A stretch of 64,000 nucleotides of DNA from Eledone cirrhosa (lineage: Eukaryota). A program made the translations under genes and the position numbers. A model generated the notes under the pieces. That model searched no databases, had not been told where the DNA came from, and saw nothing but the letters and a program-made list of their open reading frames with translations. Of this stretch, positions 14,757-25,844 are shown piece after piece (positions within the stretch are counted from its first letter, which is position 1; every line of letters starts with the position of its first letter). The stretch is from NCBI GenBank assembly GCA_964016885.1, contig OZ024749.1, positions 3,720,001 to 3,784,000 of the forward strand, read 5' to 3'.

Positions 14757-15226
14757 TATATGAAATATAAGAATCAAAGAACTGTTCAAAATATTATTGT
14801 GCTTACAGCTGTTTCCTCCAAACCGAGGTTTGGATTCTTCGGAGCAATTTATTAATGCATGGACAGTTATATGACCTCCTTTTCAGCCGAGAGACATACC
14901 GATACATATTCAAACATTGATACATATTCAAACATTGTGGGTCAACATTCATGTTGTATTTTAACCTGTATTTTTGATTTTTGATTGTACCTCTTAATAT
15001 AAATGTAATCTCGAAGTGTGTACTGCCACTCTAAATTCTGTAATGAATGTTGACCCACAATGTTTGAAAATGTATCAATGTTTGAATATGTATCGGTATG
15101 TCTCTCGGCTGAAAAGGAGGTCATATAACTGTCCATGCATTAATAAATTGCTCCGAAGAATCCAAACCTCGGTTTGGAGGAAACAGCTGTAAGCACAATA
15201 ATATTTTGAACAGTTCTTTGATTCTT

Positions 15227-15238
<12 letters not shown>
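14757..15238. repeat. Inverted repeat with ~195-bp arms and ~92-bp spacer, a hammerhead in each arm
   Basis: 14757-14951 is the near-perfect reverse complement of 15044-15238. Confidence 0.9.
15149..15195 (+). ncRNA. Type I hammerhead, family D (minus copy at 14800-14846)
   Basis: tgct-CCGAAGA-a-tccaaacc/ggtttgga-g-GAAA-cagctg-TA-agca. Confidence 0.7.
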
Positions 15239-15258
<20 letters not shown>

Positions 15259-15300
15259 CGATATATTACCAAATGGAAACTATATTTATAAAAGGAAATT

Positions 15301-15364
15301 TATTTCAGTATACATATTTCAAGGAGACCAAGTCGAATTATGGTGCGCTTTCATCAGATAAATT
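15301..15364 (-). ncRNA. Minimal hammerhead, family A
   Basis: Reverse complement homologue of 43970-44034. Confidence 0.65.
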
Positions 15365-15911
15365 ATAATATAGATCAATTTTAAAAATAAATATTGACAT
15401 ACCCTTTAAGAATGCGACCAACTCTGTTGGAAGCTCCCGGATATATATATATACATATCATTCTTAACTAGTAACTCGAGTGCTTATTATATATAATTTA
15501 GTACGTCAATTTCAGGTTAATTCTAAGAGAGAATTGATATATATATATATGCCCATAAATATGTGTATCCGGTTGTCATTTGGTTGATATACACACCTTG
15601 TGATGGTCGCCAAACTCTGCCCAAAATTCGATGGAAGTTGGCAATCATTTTGTTTTCAACATACAAAGAGATTCTTATTTTCTGGGGGGTTTTACGAGCC
15701 TGTATATGTATATGGACATTTCTGCAGTCTCTGCTACCGCCTATGTATATATGTGTGTATGTGTATATGTCCTTGAGCAAGACACTTTATTTCACGTTGC
15801 TCCTTCTACCTGGAGTTGCGACCGATAGATAGTACTAGCAACTGGAAAGACCAACGGAAACATTGTTTCCTCGGTCCGATTTGACGAAAAGTCGATCGAT
15901 ATATATATATA

Positions 15912-16770
15912 CTAGCTGACCCGTCCGGATTGCACCTGACTAGGTATACCTACCCCCACCACTCCACTGCAAAGATTCCACACACCCTCCCGTGTCACAT
16001 TGTCCTTCCGACTTCGTAGCAAAGGGGAGGAGCTACCATAGACATGTCTTTAAAAAGAAACAGTTAAGCTGTGTTGTTAATATACATACATATATACATA
16101 TATACATACATATATACGACCGTCGGCTATATAAATATAGATGTGTGTGTGTTTGTGTATGTATGTTTGTATATGTGTGTATGTCCATGTGTGTGTCTGT
16201 GTTTTGATGTTATCCGGCAATTGGCGAAATCAGGTGTGAAAATATTTGTATTTGTGTGTGTTACTTATGCGAGCGACGAGAGATGAAAGATATACCACGG
16301 AAATGAACGTTCTTTTTCCATCACCGCTACATTTGATCATACACATTGTTTATTTGAAAATTATTTTAATGCCNNNNNNNNNNNNNNNNNNNNNNNNNNN
16401 NNNNNNNNNNNNNNNNNNNNNNNNNNNNNNNNNNNNNNNNNNNNNNNNNNNNNNNNNNNNNNNNNNNNNNNNNNNNNNNNNNNNNNNNNNNNNNNNNNNN
16501 NNNNNNNNNNNNNNNNNNNNNNNNNNNNNNNNNNNNNNNNNNNNNNNNNNNNNNNNNNNNNNNNNNNNNNNNNACTAAAATCAGTGTTGTCATAGAGAGA
16601 GTGAGAGAGCGACTAGAGAGAGTAAAGCAGTTAAATTATAGAGAGGGGAATGATCTATTATAGAGAGAGGGAAGAGCGACGGAGAAAATAAAGCTAAGAA
16701 ACTATAGGGATGTGTGTTGGGTACATACATAATACATACACACGACGCTCAGCTTTATAATATTATACGT
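15912..16770 (-). mobile_element. Putative non-autonomous Helitron-like element spanning the gap
   Basis: Minus strand ends in a GC-rich subterminal segment followed by CTAGT at about 15912; TA-rich start followed by a GTAT/GT microsatellite. Confidence 0.35.
16374..16573. other. Assembly gap (200 N)
   Basis: Run of n. Confidence 1.
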
Positions 16771-16830
16771 ATTTATATATATATTATTCAAAATGTGAAT
16801 AAATGAAAATATTCTCATAATCAAAATATA

Positions 16831-16892
16831 TATTTTATTATAAATATGTCAAAGGTACAATGGTGTTTAAGTACGTTTTCATCAGAGAAAAT
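16831..16892 (-). ncRNA. Degenerate hammerhead (GACA instead of GAAA)
   Basis: Reverse complement reads tattttct-CTGATGA-...-GACA-tattta-TA-ataaaata. Confidence 0.5.
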
Positions 16893-17040
16893 ATATGAAT
16901 TGATATGTGACATACCGCAACGGTGTTGATTATTAAATTCCAGTATTGGCAGTGCTTAATGCTTCTAATCTATTGTAATATTGTATTCGCTGAGTAATCA
17001 ACGAACCGTGTTAATATTTGGTTATATATATATATCAACA

Positions 17041-17258
17041 GTCGATCGACTTTCGTCAAATCGGACCGAGGAAACAATGTTTCCATTATTCTTTCCAAAT
17101 GCTAATACTATCTATCGGGCACAACTCAAGGTAGAAGGAGCAACGTGAAATAAAGTGTCTTGCTCAAAGACATAACGCATCGCTCGCTCCAGGAATCGAA
17201 CTCACAACCTCACGATTGCGAATACAGCCGTCTAACCACTCAGCCGCGCACCTTCACA
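17041..17258 (-). mobile_element. tRNA-derived SINE (second family)
   Basis: Head ggtgcgcggctgagtggttag...gagttcgattcc and body ttgagcaagacactttatttcacgttg; headless copy at 15765-15900 (+); related copy at 44913-45055 (+). Confidence 0.75.
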
Positions 17259-18701
17259 GATAATAACCTTCACAGATAATAAACTAGACGATTAATATAG
17301 TTTATTATTTATATTGATATTATTAATTATCATTATTGTTTTCTTTTTAGTCTTTTTGTCTTTCTAAATAATTGTTTCTACTTTTGGCACAAGGCCAGCA
17401 AATTACCAAGTGTATTACTGGTACTTTATTTTATCGACCCCATAAGGAAAGTTACATCGGCGGGATTTGAGGTTAACTTTGTTTTTCTTAATAATGTTAT
17501 TATTATTGTGCTCGCCATGTCTTTAATACTTTCACCGCCGTTTCAACTACGTGTTCAAACTACGTCCCTCGTGTGTGTGTCTCCCTGTCTCTCTGTCTGT
17601 GCGTGTGTCTGTGTGTTTGTCTGATTGTATGTGCGTGTGAATTTCATTATCGCAGTAGTGTGCTGCGAATGCGAAATATGTTCGTATGATAGTATTGTGT
17701 TTACTTTGTATTATAGATCTTTTCTTGTCCATTATATAGCTTAAAGGGTAATAGTCGTTTGATTTGTAAGGTAAATATCATGTGATTGTTGCTATTAATA
17801 TGGCAATCCCTCCTAAAGCCTTAGTGTATACTATATTGTTTTGTTTATATATAAGGCTGAACTACTTTTTAAACATTTTTCAGACGCTGAATCCTCATTA
17901 TTTTATGTCTATGTTAATACTTTTGTTTAAATGTGCGATAAACCTAGCAAGGCTAATTGTTTATGCTCTGCCTTCTTCAGAAGTCATGAGGCCTCAATTG
18001 TATTGTTTATATTGTCACACTCATAAATAGCATCATAAACACATCACACTCTTGCATTCCAAACGTCACGTCCATATTATCACTTCTGTACACATTCAAA
18101 ATATCTTTGCAATAATTCTGTCATTTGATTTGGATACGTCAATAAACTGACATATGTTTTATTTGTTCAATGGGACAATATCCCGCCAGGAATAGTCAAT
18201 TACTCTCGTTTAGCTAAATGGTTTGAAATGCTCAGTCAGAATTTAAAAAGTTAAAGAGTGTGACTCATCATCGAACTCCTAACCACGTTTTGAATTTATT
18301 ATTACTATATTTCATTCAAGGCCTCTACAGATATTTACACATTTAAATACGGAACATTTTGCAGCGTTATTATCGATTCTACCAACAATTCTGGTCTCTT
18401 CCGATACACAATACTGAGGGTTGAACATCTTGGACAAGAGCATAATATACATATATGGGGATATATATGGGGTCATGGACAAAAGCCAATATACATATAT
18501 GGGGATATATCTATTACTGTCATCGGCAACATCTCTCTCTCATTTTCTCTCTCGCTTTCATTTTCTCTCTCTCTATCTCTCTCTCTCTCTCTCTCGTTCT
18601 CTCTCTATTTGTATATATTTATATGTAATTGATGTTAGATGCTTAAAGCGTCCATATGCGGTAGGCCGTATAAGCACTCGATGCTCTCATAGAGCAGAGT
18701 A

Positions 18702-18941
18702 TGATATCACAGAAAAAAAGAGAATCAGTGTTGCGACGAATGGAATTTATTGGACATATTACAATCGCTTCTCTGGCGACCAGCTCGAGGCACGATGGAT
18801 GTGATGATCGAACCTTACTCTGAAAATCGCAACATCCTCTGATACGTCTTGATTCTACGAAGCATATTTTCCTACAAACGATTGTAATATGTCCAATCAA
18901 TTCCATTTGTCGCTACACTGATTCTCCTTTTTTCTGTGATA
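18702..18941. repeat. Inverted-repeat cassette with ~65-bp arms
   Basis: gatatcacagaaaaaaagagaatcagtg...tacaatcg versus cgattgtaatatgtcc...ttctgtgatat. Confidence 0.75.
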
Positions 18942-19054
18942 TATATATTGTACAATATGCGTGAACTCAGTGCTCATCGATGTGTATGTAAATTATAAAT
19001 GTACATGACTTACTTTCCGTGGTTCCTACTGACACATCACGTGACAATATATAA

Positions 19055-19134
<80 letters not shown>

Positions 19135-19214
19135 CTTTAATGGTAGCTATGGTGCTTCCATAGGCGGTATGCCAAAAGTAGCACTCAATATTCTTACAGA
19201 GCACTGTGTGAATA

Positions 19215-19535
19215 GTATAAAAAAAACGAAGAATTAGTGATGCATGTGGACTCAGTTTATTGCGTGTTACAATTGTTTCGCCGGCAGGTAGCTCGAGACA
19301 TGATCACTGTATGGATCTGGGTGATTTTACCGCTACGGGTTCATTCGGACACATGCAATTCATTCGGTGAGAAAATTTGCTTCGAAAGAATTGCATGTGT
19401 CCGAAGTAATGTGCAGCTGTAGAATCAGCCAGATCCATACAGTGATGATGTCTCGAGCTACATGCCGGTGAAACAGCTGTAACACGCAATAAACTGAGTC
19501 GAGTTGCATCACTGGTTGTTCGTTTTTTTATACTA
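19215..19535. repeat. Inverted-repeat cassette with long-stem-II hammerhead at 19396-19486 (+), family E
   Basis: tgtgt-CCGAAGT-...-GAAA-cagctg-TA-acacg; second copy with CCGAAGA at 30004-30091 and inverted 3' half at 30385-30448. Confidence 0.65.
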
Positions 19536-19549
19536 TATATATATATTTG

Positions 19550-19642
<93 letters not shown>

Positions 19643-19792
19643 GTGTATAGATATTCCGACACGTACTAAGTATCTACAGAAATATGCACTAATCTTTTGA
19701 TTAGTGAAACCGTAACGGCAATAGAACAGGTGAATATTTAAATTTTATTTTAATTTATTTCAAAGATTGTTTGATGAGTACTTGTTCCGCTC

Positions 19793-19837
<45 letters not shown>

Positions 19838-19842
<5 letters not shown>

Positions 19843-20365
19843 TAAAACATGTCTATAGAATCACCAGTTAATTATATACCACTTCCTCTCCCAATTAGCA
19901 TAATTAACTATATAAAAAATCGAATAGACCAGGCTATAAGAATAAGGCTTCTATGAAGAAATCTCCAACAAATAACCGAAACTAGCCTTTCGCGTCGGCT
20001 GCGACGGAATATTTATCGAATATTTCAACAGCGTAATCGCCCAGATATACAGTCAATTAACCAGAATTAGGTGTAAAATAAACTAGGAGAAAAGAGAATA
20101 CATTTATTTACCTCGACCATGGTTTCGTCCGCATTTTTGTTTAATTGACTATATCTGGGCGATTACGCTGTCGAAATATTCGATAAATATTCCATCGCAG
20201 CCGACGCGAAGGGCTAGTTTCGGTTATTTGTTGGAGATTCCTTCATAGAAGCCTTATTCTTATAGCCTGGTCTATTCGATTTTTTATATAGTTAATTATG
20301 CTAATTGGGAGAGTAAATGCTGTATATTTTATTTGGTGATTCTATAGACATGTTTTATGATATAT
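19838..20365. repeat. Inverted repeat with ~220-bp arms between TA tracts
   Basis: About 19838-20060 is the reverse complement of about 20140-20365, with a few mismatches. Confidence 0.85.
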
Positions 20366-20466
20366 AGCTCTGATTATTTAATTTGTTAACTTCTCAATGA
20401 GCCACAAAGTGACCCGTTGCAAAACACGTATATGTATATATGTATATATATATATATGTAAACCTT

Positions 20467-20554
<88 letters not shown>

Positions 20555-20560
<6 letters not shown>

Positions 20561-20932
20561 ATACAATATGTTGAAAAGTTAGCACACCAGAGAGAGAGAC
20601 AGAGTGTGCCATCAATCAAACAGGGAAAATCCACCAATGTATGGAATCTATAAACCATGGAAGGCATTGTAGAAACGCGTGTGTGTTAGATAGTTATCGA
20701 GGCATGTATTAACACTTTAATTTATACTTTTAATATCGTGTGCCTACTCTGCCTACCATGGGTTATAGATTCCATACACTGGTGGCTTTTCCCTGTTTGA
20801 TTGATGGGGCACTATCTCTCTCTCTTTGGTGTGCTAACTTTTTAAAATATTGTATTATAAAGAGCTCGGGATTCCTCCGTAAAGCACATTACTGACAGAG
20901 CATAGCGAGAGTCTATGGTTCCGTTAATTTAT

Positions 20933-20940
<8 letters not shown>
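20555..20940. repeat. Inverted-repeat cassette homologous to 55700-56270
   Basis: About 20560-20670 versus 20750-20860 inverted; shares the terminus gagtctatgg.tccgttaatttatcgtgatat with 56240-56272. Confidence 0.75.
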
Positions 20941-21009
<69 letters not shown>

Positions 21010-21652
21010 TGGAATGTTCAATTTGTCAAACTATTTAAACATGTTATTACTCTGAGGGCCTTATTAAGTGCTTTGCTAATTCATTCCTATTGTAGGTCGA
21101 TTTGCATGGTCATAGCCAAAGTTTCGATTTTAATAAGCTTCCACTTGTATTATTTTCTCCTAGATTTAATAATTAACTAATTAATTTAATTAGATAATTC
21201 TGTTGATTGGTTAATTATTTGTTTTTGTTTAATAACATCTGGTTGAGAGCTTTTATTCGGAATGTTTGAGCGGAAATTATAATATTTCCATTGTTAAACA
21301 CTTTGAATTTACCCGCCAAAAACCGGTGGCTGCTTCCCTTGTTGGAAATAACACGTGACAACTAAGTGTTCGCTGGCTGCATTCTTAACGGCCGCATTTT
21401 GTTTGTTCAGACCGCTTTGAGGCAGAACGGATCCCCGTTTGTTGAGAGGAATCCTCTGTTCGATCATAGAATTCCACGAGCGTGCCTGTTACGTGAGTTG
21501 CATAAATGATTTCGGTTTCATAGTAACACTTTAGACGTATATCGTTTGATTTGTCCAGGTGTATCTTTTAACCTGTTAGTTCTTTCGTTACTTTGGTATT
21601 GTGTTGTTGCGTTCTGCCTACCGCAATGTTCAATTTGTCAAGCTATTTAAAC

Positions 21653-21690
<38 letters not shown>

Positions 21691-22160
21691 TATTTTCCGT
21701 AGTGTTGTAATATAAATATTACACACAGTAGATGGACAGCTCACGCAGAGTTTGCTCGACGGTTCCAGTTGTAGTTTCAAAAGTAATCCGGAGAAAAATA
21801 GAAGGATTTTAATGGATACAGTTTAGTTAAAAGGAATTTATATATATATATATAAGTATAAATTAACGAGAATCGAATTTCACCTCAGGAATTAACGAAA
21901 AACACTTCCGAGTGGTGTGGCAAGCGGTCGATAATTCATATGAATCAGAGCTACAACATACGTTAAAGGACAAACACACTGAGATGGTGGTTAAACTAAT
22001 CATCCGCACACCGAAAAAACGATCAATTAATTCGGGTCAAGCAGATATTAAAATATAAAAATATAAAAAAATAGATATGGTTGAAAAAAAAAATATATAT
22101 ATATATATATATACGTTAACACTATAAACAGAGAGCTGGCATATCTAAGATCTGACTAAG

Positions 22161-22214
22161 TGCCTGATGAGGTCATAGCCATGCAATGGGTATCATAGAA
22201 ATATATATATAGCA
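22161..22214 (+). ncRNA. Minimal hammerhead, family F
   Basis: tgc-CTGATGA-ggtcatagccatgcaatgggtatcata-GAAA-tatatata-TA-gca; related to 49871. Confidence 0.6.
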
Positions 22215-22260
22215 GTAAATAAAGGATTATGAGTTCATGCTATTGACTTATGTTTCGTCA

Positions 22261-22308
<48 letters not shown>

Positions 22309-23102
22309 ATATTTATTTATTATAATAACAGATTAAAGTTTAAGCAAAGAATCGCTGCTTTCACCCTTAACGGGAACTTCTGGAACTCCTTATCGAGCCC
22401 TCTTTGGATTTTAGTCTTCAAATTTATTATTCTTACTATATATAAATACATATATATATATATATATATATATCCCGGGTTCAATTGGGGGTAACCACGG
22501 TAAGGAAGGTACTCAATACATAGCAGAGTATATCAAGGACTGCCACTCTACTAGATAATTTGAAATGCTTTTCTCTATTTTACTTTTAAGATGATAGTAA
22601 ATGAAAAAAAAATATTAGGAATATATTTCTTTACAAAATAGTAACCAAATAACAATATAAGCTTTACTACTAACACAGGTCAAGTTTATGGCTATTTTAT
22701 TGTCTCACAATATAATATCATTGTCTGGCTGTCATTAAATATTTCGTATGCTGAGCTATAAAATTATTAAGAAAAAATAATAGAGATGATATCTGTCTAA
22801 TAAGTTTTCACGATATCATTACGTACACAGACATAAAAAGAGCTTTGTTTCAAATTTGGTTTTGATATTTATACTGGTTTGAAAGAATTATTCTGTTAAT
22901 ATTTATATACAGCAATATTTCCTCCAGGAGTACTCAAGAGAATTCAGCCTCAATATTACGCCTGGTTGCATGTATATGTATACATATTTACACACAGCCA
23001 CACACTCATATATATATTTATATATATATTCGTGTGTGCGTGTGCGATTTTAAGTTCATGTTTATATAAACAAAAACTTAGTCACACACGCACACTCGCA
23101 CC

Positions 23103-23150
<48 letters not shown>

Positions 23151-23757
23151 CATATATATATGATATCATATATATTATTCACATATAATATATATAATAT
23201 TATTTATATATAATATATATAATATGGGTATATTTCCTTACCTTGTAATGCCCTTGTCTTTATTACAACTTCTTTTGTCCATTCATGTATTCTGTGACCT
23301 CAAATATTCTGTTTTCTATTTTGTGCCCCCTTCTTTCCCGTCTCAGTCTGCTTATCAATTGTCCTTTCTTTTGCGGAACACATTTTGCGATTCGTGTCTG
23401 ATCAAGCGCATGCGCCTACACCATCTTAAAGTTTGTATGTGTGGTGGTAGAAAAAGAAATATGAATATTGACAATTGACGTTATCCATGTGGAATAACCA
23501 AAATAAAACGACCGAAAATGAAAATGTAATCCCAGAGAGAGGAAATTGGAAGACTATCCACTGAAAGTTCCTTAAATGCCCGAAAGAAGGGACTTTTAGG
23601 TCTCGAAATATTAGACAGATAAAAGAACAACAAGAAAAAAAAGAAACAAAGTTTACCAGGTAACATTTACTTTTCGTTTCCTTATCTTACAGTCCATTTT
23701 TGCATTGTTTAGCCTTCTATCTATTTCAACGTTATGTATATATATAGAAAACCGAGG

Positions 23758-23881
<124 letters not shown>

Positions 23882-24767
23882 CCATCCACACGTAACCTCT
23901 ACAGTTTGCAACCGATTTTCTTCAAATTTGGAACACACATGCCTTATGTTCCTAGGAGGGTTTTGGACTCATAACATTTTCATGTCTTTGTCTAATGCGG
24001 GCCCTGGATAAATATTGGTTGGTTGGTTGCACAAAAAATACACACATACACACACACACGTACAAACATACATAAATATACACCTAAAGAGAGAGAGGGA
24101 GAGAGAATGACGAAGAACGCTGGTTTAAACTCACACACAAATATATATAAAGACAGAGACAGAGAGAGATCTGCGCGTTCTTGAATGTTTTCCATTCTGT
24201 AGAGAAAAAGATAGAGGGGGTGTGAGAGTGATAGAGAAAGGGGACATGGGAGTTCTTAGAGAGGGGGTATGAGAGTGAAAGAGAGAGGGGATATGGGAGA
24301 GAAAGAGAGAGGAGGTATGAGAGTGAAAGAGAGGACATGGGAGTTAAATAGAGAGGGGGTATGAGAGTGAACGAGAGAGGGGATATGGGAGAGAAAGAGA
24401 GAGGAGGTATGAGAGTGAAAGAGAGAGGGGACATGGAGTTAAATAGAGAGGGGGTATGAGAGTGAAAGAGAGAGGATATGGGAGAGAAAGAGAGAGGGGT
24501 ATGAGAAAAAAGATAGAGAGGGGTTGAAAAAGAGAGAAAGAGAGTGACTTTTACTTTTATTGATTTATTTATTGTTTACACAGTGTTCAACTCTCCTCTT
24601 CCCTCAACTTTAGATCTCTTTCTCTCTTCTTTCACACAAAACGTACTGTGACCCTATGTGTGTGTGTGTGCGTGGGTTTGCGTGTGTGTGCGTTATGTGT
24701 GTCCGAGGAAGTTACAATGCCCGCACACACACATACACACACACAGACAAGCATCTCTCTCTCTCTA

Positions 24768-24817
<50 letters not shown>

Positions 24818-25014
24818 GAATGAACTGTGATGTGAATTTATCTTTAAAACCCCCTTTCTGGGTCACGTAAGGAAGACTTTATAGTTTGTTATGCCTTTGA
24901 GAAGCCCTTTTGGGCGAAACGTACGTGGGTGCTGTTTTAAATAAACATGTTTTAACGGTTTTTTCTCCTTTATATATTTGTTCACGTATATATATATATA
25001 TATATATTTATATA

Positions 25015-25060
<46 letters not shown>

Positions 25061-25063
<3 letters not shown>

Positions 25064-25781
25064 AGATTTGAATGGATACAGTTTAGTTGAAAGGAATTTA
25101 TTGACACGTGTTTCTATAACAGTTACATAACCTAAAACAGCTGCTATCTACAAACTTTTAGTTATGCAGACATTCAATATTTCAATGTTATTATTTACTC
25201 TCATTTCATCAGAATAATATTACTGAGGACCTATTTAGTTTTTATAGAGTATATTAGGAGGGAGGGGTGAAGTTGTTAGAAGAATAGTTGAAGGAGTGGT
25301 TTTTCGATAGCAGTGAGAATTCTTGGTGGCAGTGAGTAATTAGATTCCCATCTGTTGTTTTGACATTTTTTATAGAATATATTATTGGTTATTTTTCTAA
25401 ATCTATAGAAGGATTAGAGATAGTAAAGATATGCGTGGTTGGTTTTGTGTTTGCACTTAATTAACATTCAGACTTAAATTTTTCTTTCAAGTGTACGTAT
25501 ACTTTCACCCACGCATTCACAAACAAATATATTTGCACACCTCTACAAAATACGTATACTCACAATTCACATATTCATACTTACATATATATACACATGC
25601 ATACACATATATATACACACATGTATTCATGTACATACATACGCGCTCATGTGTATACATTTTCATACTCAACTTATCTTTATATACACACGTATAGACA
25701 CACACATATATACATACATACTCTAGTCCATGTGTACACACATACACATATATACACATCCATATACACATATATACATAC

Positions 25782-25844
<63 letters not shown>

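Noticed and set aside
24220-24510. Regularly spaced repeats resembling a CRISPR array (also 6715-6890 and 35580-35660)
   Set aside because: Degenerate tandem minisatellites with no unique spacers and no cas genes, in a eukaryotic context.
24890-24932. Hammerhead-like gccc/gggc-GAAA-cgtacg
   Set aside because: The core reads TTTGAGA and the cleavage site is TG. It is probably a dead relic and was not counted.
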